From an uncultured delta proteobacterium (GTDB taxonomy: Bacteria > Myxococcota > Myxococcia > Myxococcales > Myxococcaceae): a stretch of 64,000 bases of DNA. Positions 10,814 through 23,525 of this stretch are shown here, piece after piece; the first letter of the stretch is position 1, and the number at the start of each line of letters is the position of its first letter. Where the stretch lies: the NCBI GenBank assembly GCA_963771175.1, contig CAVYSY010000008.1, positions 32,001 through 96,000 of the forward strand, in the 5' to 3' direction. The notes under the pieces were generated by a model. That model saw nothing but the letters and a program-made list of their open reading frames with translations. It searched no databases and was not told the origin of the DNA. A program made the translations under genes and the position numbers.

Positions 10814-11367
10814 GGCGAGGACACGACCTTCCAGGTTACACCCATTTCGGCATGAAGCCGGGACAGATACTCCGTCAATTTCATACCAGCCGGTCCTGTA
10901 TGGGCGTCGTAGACCATGTCCTCGATTTTGACGATGACATGATAGCCATTGTACGTGATGCCAGGACTCTTCCCGCTCGTCATGTCGAAGGCAATATAAT
11001 CTTTCTTACCTAGAGCCCTGATGGCCACATATTGCGGCGTCTGGCCCAGCTTGCTGAACGCGGTGTGGATGATGCGGGCCACCTGCTGGCACTTGCCAGC
11101 GGCCTGATTCGCAACGCTGTAGGCCCCCTGCAGGTCCATCAACCACGCGGGTGCCGCTTTTCCCGTATGGGCCTCGTACATCGCGATGGCGCCAGCGATG
11201 TCACCGCGGGCCAGGTACGCCAGCAGTTTGACCCGGATGGAGTCCGCGGACAGCACACTGGCCTGAACCAACCTGGCCGCCAACGCAGGCGATGCCGCCT
11301 GACTCGGACCGGACACGACCCCCGCCAACAGCAGGAGCCAGGGCACCATCACTCGAAGCATGCGCAT
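10810..11367 (-). CDS. Secreted papain-fold toxin (Tox-PL-2-like)
   Basis: Signal peptide; Cys (GKCQQVA), His (ITYNGYHVIV) and Asp (VYDAHTGPAG) triad; lower GC. Confidence 0.6.
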   Translation of the reverse strand: MRMLRVMVPWLLLLAGVVSGPSQAASPALAARLVQASVLSADSIRVKLLAYLARGDIAGAIAMYEAHTGKAAPAWLMDLQGAYSVANQAAGKCQQVARIIHTAFSKLGQTPQYVAIRALGKKDYIAFDMTSGKSPGITYNGYHVIVKIEDMVYDAHTGPAGMKLTEYLSRLHAEMGVTWKVVSSP

Positions 11368-11391
11368 GCTTCGAACCTAGAGCGCCCGCCC

Positions 11392-12768
11392 CTACGCCTC
11401 CAGCGGCTCGAAGGTGCCCGAGCTCTGGCGCTCGAAGCGCCAGAAGAGCGCGAGCGCCACGGCGGTGAGCCCCGCGCACAGGCCCCACCAGATGCCCACC
11501 ACGCCGAGCTTCAGCCCGAAGCCCAGCAGCAGCGCCACCGGCAGGCCCACCGCGTAGTGCCCCACGACGTTGGCGAGGAAGGTGAAGCGCGTGTCCCCCG
11601 CCCCGCGCAGCACGCCCGCGCCCACGCCCTGCACGCCGTCCGAGAGCTGGAAGACGGCGCACACCATCAACACCGGGACCACGATGGGAATCACCTCCCG
11701 CGGCGTCCCCATCAGGCGCGCCAGCGGCTCGGGAAAGAGCGCGAACAGCAGGGCACTCAGCGACATGAAGCCCGCGCCCGAGGCGAAGGCCATCAGCCCG
11801 CTCAGCCGGGCCTGGGGCGTGTTGCGAGCCCCCACGGCCCACCCCACCCGCACGCTGCCCGCGTTACCGATGCCCACCGCCACCGTGAAGGAGAGGCTGC
11901 CGTAGGTGATGGCGATCTGATGCGCGCTCATGCTCTCCGGGCCGAGAAACCGCGCCAGCACGCCCGCCAGGGAGAAGACGCCCACCTCGGCCGCGATATG
12001 AAGGCCGATGGGCAGTCCCACCCGGTACGCCTGGAGGATGTCCGCCCGCACCGGTCGCACCGAGGGCACTCCCCCGGGCACGGGAATCCGCCGCACCGCC
12101 CACGCGATGATGGCCCACTGCAGCACGCAGCACAGCAACGTCGCGATGGCCGCGCCCTTCACCCCCAGGCCGGCACCAGGCGCAGCGGCCCGCACCAGGC
12201 CGGCAGCCCCTCGCCGCCGAAGACGAGGAGGATGTCCGCCCCCAGGTTGAAGACGTTGGCCACCACGGTGGCCACCACCAACGGGCGGGTGAGCGCCGCG
12301 GCCTGGAGGTAGGAGCGCGTGGTCATGAAGAGCAACATCAGGGGCAGGCTGGGTGCCCGCCACGTGAGGTAGTCGCTCACCTGGGTCAGCTCCGCGAAGT
12401 CCACCCCGAAGGAGGGCAGCAGCCGCGGCCCCACCACCAGCGGCACCGCCAGCACCGTCCCGGCGAGGAGCGCCAGATAGCTGCCCTGCCACAGGAGCAC
12501 CCGCGCACGCCGCGCATTGCCCGCCCCGAAGGCCTGCGGAGATGAGCGGGTCCACCCCCATCATCAGCCCCATGGCGAAGCTGCTGACGGCGAAGAACAC
12601 CGCCGTGGACAGCCCCACCGCGGCCAGTGCCTGCGTGCCGACCCGCCCCACCACGGCCGTGTCCACGACACTCATGAGGGACTGGCCCGTCTGGGCGATG
12701 GCGATGGGCAGGGCGAGCTTCCAGAGTTCTCGGAGCTCTTGGCGACGGGTCGGGAGTTCGGCGGACAT
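11392..12768 (-). CDS. MATE family efflux transporter (NorM-like; frameshifts near 12540 and 12170)
   Basis: LWKLALPIAIAQ, VDTAVVGRVG, LGVKGAAIAT, AHQIA, FQLSDGVQ..GVLRGAGDT. Confidence 0.9.
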   Translation of the reverse strand: MSAELPTRRQELRELWKLALPIAIAQTGQSLMSVVDTAVVGRVGTQALAAVGLSTAVFFAVSSFAMGLMMGVDPLISAGLRGGQCAACAGAPVAGQLSGAPRRDGAGGAAGGGAAAAALLRGGLRGADPGERLPHVAGTQPAPDVALHDHALLPPGRGAHPPVGGGHRGGQRLQPGGGHPPRLRRRGAAGLVRAAAPGAGLGVKGAAIATLLCCVLQWAIIAWAVRRIPVPGGVPSVRPVRADILQAYRVGLPIGLHIAAEVGVFSLAGVLARFLGPESMSAHQIAITYGSLSFTVAVGIGNAGSVRVGWAVGARNTPQARLSGLMAFASGAGFMSLSALLFALFPEPLARLMGTPREVIPIVVPVLMVCAVFQLSDGVQGVGAGVLRGAGDTRFTFLANVVGHYAVGLPVALLLGFGLKLGVVGIWWGLCAGLTAVALALFWRFERQSSGTFEPLEA

Positions 12769-12896
12769 GGGAGCGGCTCGCCTATAGCGGGTTTCCACGC
12801 GGGATGCGCGGCCCTCCTCGCGGACGCACCGGGCCCTGCTTGCCTGACCCATGAGCCGGTCGCCCTCCCCCCAAGCGACCGGCTCTGTCTACTGCC

Positions 12897-15024
12897 TCAC
12901 GGGTAGGCGTACGAGATGGGATCGAAGCGCGAGGTGGCCAGCGGCTGCGAGAGGTTGCTCAAGGGAGCCACGCGCACCCCGGCATCGGAGATGGCGTACA
13001 CGTAGTCGTCCGCCATCACGCTGCGGCGCACGGCGGGCGAGTAGATATAGCTCCAGGTCGGAGAGCTGAACGTCTGGTACACGTCCTTCATGGAGATGGC
13101 GCCCACCGGGGTGAAGCCGGTGGCGGGGTCGACGCGGAAGACGCGCAGCTCGCTCACGAAGTTGCTCCAGTAGTCACCGGAGTAGGGCTGCGGCGACCAG
13201 TCCGCGAAGGGGATGGCCACCAGCCCCTTGGCCGGGAAGTAGTTGAAGGCCTTGTGCTCGTAGAGCGACTCGCTCCAGCCAGTAGGCCGTGCCCACCAGT
13301 TGCGTGAAGGCCTCGCGAGGATTGGCCGGGTCCGTCACGTCGAAGAGCGACAGCTTGAGGGACCGCGAGCCAAAGCTACCGTCCTCCGCCATGTGCACAC
13401 CGACGGTCAGCAGGTGCGTGTCCCCCAGCGGATGGATGTACGTGGAGAAGCCCGGCACCTTCAGCTCGCCCACCTTGCGCGGGTGCGCCGGGTCGGACAG
13501 GTCGAAGGTGAAGAGCGGATCCACCTGCCGGAACGTCACCACGTAGCCCTTGTCGCCCAGGAAGCGCGCGCTGTAGATGCGCTCGCCCTTGGCCAGCTCC
13601 TCGCTCTGCCCCAGCAGCTCGAGCTGGCCGCCCTTCTCGCCATAGGTGGAGACGCGGTTGGTCGTCTCGACACGGCCCCACGGGTTGCCGCTCTCCGACA
13701 CGCGCGAGGCGATGGTGGTGGCCACGCGCAGCACGCCCTCGTGCTCGTCCATGCTGAACTGGTCCAGCAGGTGCCCCTCCACCGTGCCGCTGGCCAGGTA
13801 GCGCGCGTGCTGCGGCTGGCCCAGGTCGAGCTTGTGGATATAGGTGTGGTCCTTCTGCCCCGGCTCCGGCCACCACCACCAGTGGGACGTGGCCAGGTAG
13901 AGCGCGCTGTCGGTGGCGTACACCACACCCGGCTCGGTCACCAGGGAGGTGCGGCCCGGGGCCTGCGCCACCGCCGCGTTCAAATCAATCGACGCCACGG
14001 TGACGATGCCCAGCCGCGTGGGCGCGTTCGTCTTGTGGAAGTCCTGGCAGTTGTACCCCACCGTCTCCACGGTACCGTCCGGCAGCTTGCGCCGGCCCTC
14101 GGGCAGCCAGGCCGCCAGCGAGCTCGAGCGGATGAGCTGCTCGTTCTGCTCCATCAGCTTGTCGATCTCCTTCTCCATCCTGGGCTCGTCCTCCCAGAGG
14201 TCCTGGGAGTAGTCGGGCCACCAGCGCATGCCCGAGGGCCAGCGGAACGAGTCGCGCATCACCAGCCGCACCGAGCCGCCCGTCAGCCGCGCGTTGTGGT
14301 AGCCGCCCGGCAGGTACAGCTCGCCCGTCACCCGGGGCGCGGACAGGTTGGACACGTCCACCGTCGTCAGCTTGGTGAGCGGCGCCGAATAAGCGCCACA
14401 GGGGCCCATGGGCGGGCACGCCACCGAGTCGCCAGTGCCCGACTCCGGAAGCGGCTCGTACACCTCGGAGAAGACGACCACCTGGTCCTCGTGAAGGAAC
14501 ATCTCCCGAGGCCAGCCCTCGAGCTTCAGCGAGGACTCGGCGCGCAGCGACTCGGCGGGCCAGGAGCGGTGCAGGTACAGCTTCTGCCCGGAGAGGACGA
14601 AGATGCGCGTGCCATCGTTCTTCACGAAGTCCGCCTCGTCCACGCCGGCCACCTGGTTGTTGGTGCCGGTGTGATTGTTCGGACCGGAGGACGCATTGTC
14701 GCCCGCCCCCGGTGCATTCGGAGCGCCCGCGGTGGGCGCCGAGGCTCCGTCCTCCACGGCCACGGGGCCGCCGAACCAGCCGCCGCGCGACTTCCAGTAG
14801 GACGGCTTGGACCGCTCCAGCGAGGTGCGCATGTCCAGCACCGCGGCGTCCTCGATATAGGACTCGAGCGCCCCGCAGCTCTCGAAGGACTCCAGCCTCG
14901 CCTTCATCTGCACCGGCTGGTTCTCGGGAATCCCGTTCTTATCACCGCACCCCACGAGCCCCAGCAACGCGAGCCCCAGCCAACCGCTGTTCTTCCAGTG
15001 CATGTACCGACTCCTCGTCTTCAT
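12897..15024 (-). CDS. Beta-propeller domain lipoprotein (Beta_propel family; frameshift near 13280)
   Basis: Lipobox LVGC; TNNQVAGVDEADFVKNDG, LDQFSMDE, GERIYSARF, VTFRQVDPLF, GELKVPGFSTYIHP. Confidence 0.85.
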
Positions 15025-15052
15025 CCGGCCCGGCAATCCGCGGCACGGGCTC

Positions 15053-15068
15053 TGCCACCCGCGTGCCA
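15053..15068 (-). promoter_or_regulatory. Putative sigma-54 -24/-12 promoter for the beta-propeller lipoprotein gene
   Basis: Minus strand reads TGGCACGCGGGTGGCA (GG-N10-GC), about 30 nt upstream of ATG 15024. Confidence 0.5.
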
Positions 15069-15185
15069 GGGCTCCGCGAACGGCCAGTCGCTCGGGATCT
15101 CGCGGAGTTGGAGGTAGCCGGGCGAGCGGAGGAGGCCTCGAAAAACCGAGGCCGCGGGCGCGAGCAGCCAGAAAACCGAGCAGGT

Positions 15186-17000
15186 TCAGCGACCGGAGAG
15201 GAGCTGGTTGAGCTGGCGTGACACCTGGGCGCACTGCTCGACGTCGTGCGCCTCCAGGGCGGTGCGGCCGGACTCCAGCAGCAACTTCACGTTGTTCACC
15301 GCCGCCGTCGCCTGCTCGCTGGGGTTCTCCTCGGCGCTGCGCTGCAGCAGCTTCACCAGCTTCTCCCCGCGCTCCAGCAGCTTGCGGAACGTCTCCTCCG
15401 TCTTCTGCACGTCCTGCTTCGCCTGCTTCTGCGCGTAGGCGGCCTGCTCCTTCACGAGCCGCGCGGCCTCCTGCCCCGGCAGGTGCGGGCGCGCCTCCAG
15501 CTTCACCGACTCGGCCAGCCCCGTCTTCAGGTCCGTGGCCCGCACCGACAGCGTGCCCTCGTTGGACAGCTCGAACGTCACTTCCAGCGGCGTGTCCGTG
15601 CGCGAGGCCCCCTGGAGGTTGCGCAGCACCACCTCGCCCAGCTTCTGGTTCTCGTCCGCCAGGTCGCTCTCGCCCTGGTAGATGGGGATGCGCGCCTCCG
15701 TCTGCCCGTGGCTGCCCGGGTAGAAGACATCCTTGGCATTCACCGGCACCGAGCTGTTCTTGGCGATGAGCCGCTTCACCCTCCCGCCCAGCACGCCCAC
15801 GCCCAGCGAGTTGCCCACCACATCCAGCAGCAGCGCCGCCCCCGACTGGAGCGCCAGCTCGTCCGCGTGGATGGCCGCTCCCAACGCCACCGCCTCGTCC
15901 GGGTTCACCTCCGTGGAGGGCACCTTGTCGAAGAAGTCCGTCACGAGCTGGCGAATCAATGGCACCCGCGTCATGCCGCCCACCAGCAGCACCGCCCCCA
16001 CCTTGCCCGGCGCCATCCGCGCTTCCTTCATCACCGCGGCGCACACGTCGATGCAGCGCTTCGACAGCGGCTCGCAGAGTTGCTCGAAGAACTCACGGGT
16101 GAGCGCCGTCTCCAGGCCCGTCATCTTGCGCACCGGCTGGTTGTGGTCTCCCAGGCCCGACAGCGAGATGAGCGTCTCGTTGTACTCCGACAGCTCGCGC
16201 TTGGCCTGCTCCGCCGCCACCTTCAGCTTGCGCATGGACACCGCGTCGCGGTGCACCAGCTCGCGGTGGTTGTCGTCCACCTGCGCCAGCAGCCAGTCGA
16301 CAATCTTGAGGTCGAAGTCCTCGCCGCCCAGCGCGGAGTCGCCACCGGTGGCCTTCACCTCATAGACGCCGTCCGTGATCTCCAGGACGGTGACATCGAA
16401 GGTGCCGCCGCCCAGGTCGAACACGAGCGCGTGGCCCTGGAAGCCGCGCGACAGCCCGTAGGCGAGCGCCGCGGCGGTGGGCTCGTTGATGAGGCGGATG
16501 ACGTCCAGTCCGGCGATGTTGGCCGCCTCGCGCGTGGCCTGGCGCTGCCCGTCGTCGAAGTTGGCCGGAACGGTGATGACGCACTTGCTCACCGGCCGCC
16601 CGAAGTACGCCTCGGCGTCCAGCTTCAGCTCCCCCAGAATCATCGCCGACACCTGGGTCACCGGCAGGGTGCGCCCGGCCATCTTCACGCGCACGTCCCC
16701 GGTGTTGCCGCCCGCCAGTGGGTAGGGCACCACCGCCTTCGCCGTCTGCACCAACTCCGGGGTGAAGCGCCGCCCGATGAAGCGCTTGGTGGCCCACACC
16801 ACGCAATCGGGGTGCTCCTCGGCGAGCGCCTGCGCCTTGATGCCCACCACCCGCTCGGCCAGCTTCGGCGTGAGTCCCACGACGGAGGGCGTCAGCCGCC
16901 CTCCCGCGCGCGAGGGGATGATGCGCGGCTGGCCCCCCTCCACGGTGGCCACGGCGCTGTTGGTGGTGCCCAGGTCGATGCCGATGACGGGTTCGCGCAT
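15186..17000 (-). CDS. Hsp70/DnaK-family protein (accessory paralog)
   Basis: [42 protein letters not shown] linker; no dnaJ/grpE adjacent. Confidence 0.92.
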   Translation of the reverse strand: MREPVIGIDLGTTNSAVATVEGGQPRIIPSRAGGRLTPSVVGLTPKLAERVVGIKAQALAEEHPDCVVWATKRFIGRRFTPELVQTAKAVVPYPLAGGNTGDVRVKMAGRTLPVTQVSAMILGELKLDAEAYFGRPVSKCVITVPANFDDGQRQATREAANIAGLDVIRLINEPTAAALAYGLSRGFQGHALVFDLGGGTFDVTVLEITDGVYEVKATGGDSALGGEDFDLKIVDWLLAQVDDNHRELVHRDAVSMRKLKVAAEQAKRELSEYNETLISLSGLGDHNQPVRKMTGLETALTREFFEQLCEPLSKRCIDVCAAVMKEARMAPGKVGAVLLVGGMTRVPLIRQLVTDFFDKVPSTEVNPDEAVALGAAIHADELALQSGAALLLDVVGNSLGVGVLGGRVKRLIAKNSSVPVNAKDVFYPGSHGQTEARIPIYQGESDLADENQKLGEVVLRNLQGASRTDTPLEVTFELSNEGTLSVRATDLKTGLAESVKLEARPHLPGQEAARLVKEQAAYAQKQAKQDVQKTEETFRKLLERGEKLVKLLQRSAEENPSEQATAAVNNVKLLLESGRTALEAHDVEQCAQVSRQLNQLLSGR

Positions 17001-17161
17001 TGGGAGATGGGGTCATGATACGCCGGAGTCGCGTGGGTCCGGAGGCCCCCTTGCCTCCCACCCGACCGGGTACAGCCGCAGGGGAACTTATTGGAGACCT
17101 TGGACAAGCGCCGCGCCCGGCGTTGCCCCAGGGCGGGGGGCGTGCTAAGGGCCGCCGCGCC

Positions 17162-17708
17162 ATGGTGAACGTGTCAATCGCCCGCCGTTACGCCCGCGCG
17201 CTCCTCGACGTCGCCACTGAAGCTGGCCGCGCCGATGCGGTGTCCGAGCAGCTCTCCTCTTTCTCCGGCTCGATCGCCCAGAATCGCGAGCTGGCGGACG
17301 TGCTCTTCAACCCGGCCTACAGCCGCGAGCAGCGCACCGCGCGTGGTGGAGTCGCTCCTCAAGGCCCTCGGCCCGGTGGAGCCCGTGCTGGCCAACACCC
17401 TGCGCCTGCTGGTGGACCGCAACCGCCTGGGTTACCTGCCGGACATCGCCCGCCTCTACCGGGACATGGCCGACGCCCATGCCGGTCGCGTGCGCGGCCA
17501 GGTGACGAGCGCCGTCCCCCTCTCCGCCGACACCCTCCAGAGCCTCGCCGGCACCCTCAAGACGCTCACCCAGCGCAACGTGGTGCTCGAGGCCAAGGTG
17601 GACCCCACGGTCCTCGGCGGCGTCTCCGCCCAGGTGGGCAGCACCCTCTATGACGGCACCCTGCGCACCCAGCTCGAGCAGATGCGCCGTCAGCTCAAGC
17701 AGCGCTAG
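17162..17708 (+). CDS. atpH: ATP synthase F1 delta subunit (frameshift near 17340)
   Basis: IARRYARALL, LRLLVDRNRL, VTSAVPL, VDPTVLGG, YDGTLRTQL. Confidence 0.9.
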
Positions 17709-17866
17709 GTAGCACCATGAGAGAGGGCCCGCTCGCACGGCCGGTCTCCATCCCGGCAGTCCCGGCGTTGTCCGGTCCCTCGCACTTCCCGGCAAGCCCG
17801 GTATTCCCAGCGGGAGCGGGAAGGGATATGGTGGATTCACGGGTCTCCCAGGCCCGTGTCTCCTCC

Positions 17867-19351
17867 ATGGCGCAGCCCGTCCTCAACCTCTCTCATGCCA
17901 GCACTCCGGCCCCTTCGTTGCCCGAGGAGGCCGTGCCCTGCGTGGGCGCCCTGCTCCAGGCCTCGGGGCTGGGACTGGCCTTCCTGGACCGGGAGCTGCG
18001 CTTCCGCTTCATCAGCACCGCCCTCATCACCCTGAGCGGAATGCCCGGCGCCCTGTACGAGGGCCGCACGGTGGCCGAGGTCTGGCCGGGTCTGGCCATC
18101 GGGCTGGCCCCGCTGCTCTCGCGCGCCATGGCGGGCGAGTCGGTGACGGGGGCTCAGGTGTCCGGCACGCTGGGCAGCGCCGGGGGCCACGGGGTGCGCC
18201 ACCTGCGGGTGTCGGTGCTCCCCGCCAGCGCCGGCGGCCTGCGCTCGGGCGTGAGCCTGATGGTGGAGGACGAGACGGAGCGCGTGGAGCAGGAGCTGGC
18301 CCTGCGCGAGAGCGAGGCACGGCTGAGCGGCCTCGTCGCCGTCTCCTGCGACGGCGTCTTCCTCCATGAGGAGGGCACCATCATCGAGGCGAGCCACTCC
18401 CTGGCCAACCTGTTCGGGAGCACGCCCGAGAAGATGAAGGGTCAGCCCATCGTGCGGTGGATCGCCCCCGAGTCCCACGAGGCGGTGAAGCAGGCGATCG
18501 CCCGGCAGGTGGAGGCTCCCTACGAGTTGACGGGGCTGCGCTCCGACGGCAAGCGGCTCTTCCTGGAGGTGCTCGGGCGGCAGGTGGAGTACTCCGGCCG
18601 CACGGTGCGGATGACGGCCGTGTGGGACATCAGCGCCCGCAAGGCCGCCGAGGAGGCCACCACCCGCGCCGACATCTTCCGCGAGCAGCTCCTGGGGGTG
18701 GTGGGGCACGACCTGCGCACCCCCCTCTATGCCATCCAGCTCAGCGTGGGGGCGCTCCAGCGCGCCGGTGGGCTGAACGACACGCAGTCGCGCCAGGTGG
18801 CGCACGTGGCCACCGCCTCCAAGCGCATGGAGCGGATGATCCACGAGCTGCTGGACTACACCCGCGCCCGGCTGGCCGGCGGCATCCCCGTGCGCCCCAC
18901 CCCCCTGTCCCTGGAGAAGCTGCTGGAGCGCGCGGTGGAGGACTTCCAGACGTCGCACCCCACCCGGCTGATCTCCTCCAGCGTGGAGGGAGACGTCCGG
19001 GGGAGCTGGGACGAGTCGCGGCTCGGGCAGCTCCTGGACAACCTCGTGGGCAATGCCCTGCAGCACAGTCCCGAGGACACCCCGGTGGAGGTGAAGCTCG
19101 CCGAGGGGTCGGACGGCGGCATCAGCCTCACGGTGCGCAACGAGGGGACTCCCGTGCCGCTCGAGGAGCGGGCGACCCTCTTCGAGCCCTTCAAGCGGGG
19201 CAAGCGTGCCAGTGGCGATGGGCTCGGCCTGGGCCTCTACATCGCCCGGCAGATCGTGGTGGCCCACGGGGGCCGCATCTCGGTGGAGTCCGGGGTGGGA
19301 CTGGGGACGCGCTTCAACGTCTGGCTCCCCCGCCACGCCCCCGGCGCCTAG
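17867..19351 (+). CDS. PAS-PAS sensor histidine kinase
   Basis: Two PAS-like regions; H-box GHDLRTPL, N-box NLVGNALQH, FEPF, GLGLGLYI; start may be 17828. Confidence 0.9.
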   Translation: MAQPVLNLSHASTPAPSLPEEAVPCVGALLQASGLGLAFLDRELRFRFISTALITLSGMPGALYEGRTVAEVWPGLAIGLAPLLSRAMAGESVTGAQVSGTLGSAGGHGVRHLRVSVLPASAGGLRSGVSLMVEDETERVEQELALRESEARLSGLVAVSCDGVFLHEEGTIIEASHSLANLFGSTPEKMKGQPIVRWIAPESHEAVKQAIARQVEAPYELTGLRSDGKRLFLEVLGRQVEYSGRTVRMTAVWDISARKAAEEATTRADIFREQLLGVVGHDLRTPLYAIQLSVGALQRAGGLNDTQSRQVAHVATASKRMERMIHELLDYTRARLAGGIPVRPTPLSLEKLLERAVEDFQTSHPTRLISSSVEGDVRGSWDESRLGQLLDNLVGNALQHSPEDTPVEVKLAEGSDGGISLTVRNEGTPVPLEERATLFEPFKRGKRASGDGLGLGLYIARQIVVAHGGRISVESGVGLGTRFNVWLPRHAPGA

Positions 19352-19516
19352 AGGGAAAACCCCTCCCCCCAGTGGCTCTTACAGGGCCAATGACAACGTG
19401 TGCCCCAGGACACCCTTGCGCGTTGCGGTGGGGGGGTGCGCGTGGTAAGGGGGCCCCCGCCATATTCAGCTTTCGTGGCGGCATTCCCACCGGCCGCCCC
19501 TGTACAAGGACGCAAG

Positions 19517-21066
<1,550 letters not shown>

Positions 21067-21096
21067 TCCGCGCCCTCCGAGGTTGATCTCACCCGG

Positions 21097-21136
21097 GCCC
21101 CGCGCTCCCTTCCGAGGGACGCGGGGCTTCGTGTTT
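21097..21136 (+). terminator. Intrinsic terminator after atpA
   Basis: GCCCCGCG-c-TCCCT ttccg-type loop AGGGA-CGCGGGGC followed by TTCGTGTTT. Confidence 0.65.
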
Positions 21137-21143
21137 CAGGGGC

Positions 21144-21470
21144 TCAGGCGATCACCTTGCCCGCCACCTGGAGCGCCTTGTCCAGGTAGCCGGCGAGCTC
21201 GCCCAGCCGGCCCACCACCTGGCTCACCTTGTTCAGGTCGTCGGCGGCCTGGGCGAGGGCGTGGTTGGTGTCGTGCATGGCGGCGGTGGCCTGCTTGAAC
21301 TCGGCCGACTCCGCATCGAAGCGCGCGCCGAGCAACCGCATCATCAGCTCGCGCAGCCGCTTGCCGTGGGCGAGGTACTCCGCGCGCGTCTCCGCCGGCA
21401 GGGCGCCACTCATGGACAGGTCGAAGCTGCGCTCGATGATGCGGGTCAACGTCTGCGTGTCGAAGAGCAT
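21144..21470 (-). CDS. Hypothetical helical protein (108 aa)
   Basis: Clean ORF 3 nt downstream of the lipoprotein gene, preceded by GGGGAG RBS. Confidence 0.75.
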   Translation of the reverse strand: MLFDTQTLTRIIERSFDLSMSGALPAETRAEYLAHGKRLRELMMRLLGARFDAESAEFKQATAAMHDTNHALAQAADDLNKVSQVVGRLGELAGYLDKALQVAGKVIA

Positions 21471-21473
21471 GGC

Positions 21474-22438
21474 TCACTCCCCCTCGGGATTGCGGATGCG
21501 CTGCACGGCGGCGGCGGCCACCTGGACGCGGCCCTGGAAGGCCTGCATGGCCGCGGACAGCTCCTCGAAGGACTCCAGCTCGCGCTCGGCGCGGGCGAAG
21601 CGCAGCAGGGCCTCGTGCGCTTCACGCAGGGCCCGGGCCATGTCCACCGGGTTGGCCACCACCAGGGCCTCGTAGTCCTCGGAGGCGCGGCGGATGTCCG
21701 CGAGCACCTCGCGACGCTCGGCCAGCGAGAGCTTGTTCTTCTGGGCGTTGTAGAAGCCCACCCGCGAGGCCAGCGCCTGCTTCGCGCCCGTGAGCCGCTG
21801 GGGCCCGAGCACGTCCAGCATGTCCGCCTCCAGCAGGTCGATGATGGCCTTCACCTGGGGCTCCCCCTGCTCGATGCCCTTCTGGAGCGCCTGCGGCCTG
21901 CTTGTTCTCCAGGTAGAGCGAGCCCACCACGCTCACCAGCGCCGTCACCGGCGCCACGTACTTGCTGGCCGAGGTGTCCCCCTGCTCCCGCCAGCGTCTG
22001 GAGCTGCTGACCCAGCCCGCCGAGCTGCTGGCCCAGGGGCTGCGCGCTCTCGGGCAGCTTGCCCGGAACCTCGGAGCCGGCCAGGGTGACGAGCCGCTCG
22101 GCGTAGACGCCCAGCAGCGCGATGGCGTCCATGCGCGCCTGGATGGACTCCGGCGTGAAGACCTTGCCCAGCAGCGGCGTGGGCTGGCCGCTCGCGTCGG
22201 TGGCGAGCACCTCCAGCCCCGTGTCGTACAGGCGCTCGTCGAGGTAGAGATTCCTCTCGAAGCGGTTCATCTCCGCGTAATAGCCGCCCAGCGCGGTACT
22301 GGCCTGCGCGGTGCCCATCTGGAACTGCGCCACGGGCTCCCGGAAACTGCCGGGCGTCTTGCACCCCGGCAGCAGTGCCAGCACGAGCGCCAGCGATGCA
22401 GCCGGTAAGGACCGCGCCCACCCTCGCATCCGTCTCAT
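21474..22438 (-). CDS. Hypothetical all-helical lipoprotein (frameshifts near 21980 and 21890)
   Basis: Lipobox LPGC; frames join to ...DTSASKYVAPVTALVSVVGSLYLENKQ...KAIIDLLEADM... Confidence 0.65.
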
Positions 22439-22565
22439 CGGCTCCCCCTACATCCGTGTGGAGTACGTCTCCTCCAGCCTACTGCTTCCGGAGGACGGAG
22501 GTGCTCTCCACTTCGCCCGCCGGAAGCTGGAGAACACGGAGCCGGGCCTGGGCGGGGCCTGACGC

Positions 22566-23417
22566 TCAGCCGCGCAGGCGCGGGAGGATGGCGCGCAGGC
22601 TCGGGTCCATCCCGCCGCGGGAGCCGAGCGCGGCGATGGCCTGGCGCTCGTACTCCAGCGTGTTGATGCGGGCCACGAGCTGCACGCTCGCCCCGAGCGC
22701 CGCGGGCATCGCCAGGTCCAGCTCGTAGATGTCGCCGGCCACCAGCGTCGTCTCCGGAGAGGTGTCCGTCTCGTTCCAGATGCGGCGCAGCGCCTCGTAG
22801 TAGCGGCCGCGCCGCAGGTGGATGGGGCGCACCAGCGGGGGCGCCCGCACCGTCTCGGGCACCGCGTCGAAGACGGAGTCGCTCGTCGCCGGGTCCTCGA
22901 TGAGGAACTTGCGCGCGTCACCGGACACGCGCAGGCGCTCGCGGCCGCGCGGGGCCAGCTTCGTCAGCTTGGCCTCCACCGTGTCCGTGTGCGCGTTGGT
23001 GACGACGTGCACGGGCAGCCCGGTGTCCAGCAACGCCTCCAGCACCTCCTTGGCCTCGGGCTTGAAGGCCATGCCCACCTGCGCGTACGCCTCGCGGTAG
23101 AGCGCGTCCAGCAGCTTCGCGCGCTCGGCCTTGTCCGGCAGCACCCCGAGCCTGTCGCACAGCCGCCGCGCCACGAAGTTGGACAGCAGGTACGGGTCCG
23201 CCAGGGCCGGCGCCACGACGCGGCCTCCCACCTCCCAGCCGTGCTCCTCCGAGCTGGTCGCCACCTCGTGCTCCACCTCGGCCCACCCCGCCTCCATCAC
23301 GTCGCGGCCAATCACCTCGGACAGGCGCCGACGGAAGTGCTGGACGAAAGGAGTCCCTTCCGCCACCACGTCCGTGAAGGTCCCGTCGAAATCCAACACC
23401 ACGCATCGAATCGCCAT
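22566..23417 (-). CDS. HAD-family hydrolase
   Basis: Motif I DFDGT, VVTN, GDARK, GDIYELD. Confidence 0.85.
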   Translation of the reverse strand: MAIRCVVLDFDGTFTDVVAEGTPFVQHFRRRLSEVIGRDVMEAGWAEVEHEVATSSEEHGWEVGGRVVAPALADPYLLSNFVARRLCDRLGVLPDKAERAKLLDALYREAYAQVGMAFKPEAKEVLEALLDTGLPVHVVTNAHTDTVEAKLTKLAPRGRERLRVSGDARKFLIEDPATSDSVFDAVPETVRAPPLVRPIHLRRGRYYEALRRIWNETDTSPETTLVAGDIYELDLAMPAALGASVQLVARINTLEYERQAIAALGSRGGMDPSLRAILPRLRG

Positions 23418-23525
23418 CGTCCTGAATCCTCGCTGTCGCAGGAGGTGCGCAATAGGCCCCCTCCCCGCCTGGAATCAAGCCCGAGCGCGTCACCAACGGC
23501 AAGGGAACCACCGGCAGCGCGGGCG

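Noticed and set aside
15186..17000. Housekeeping dnaK
   Set aside because: Divergent substrate-binding domain and no grpE/dnaJ; myxobacteria carry many Hsp70 paralogs
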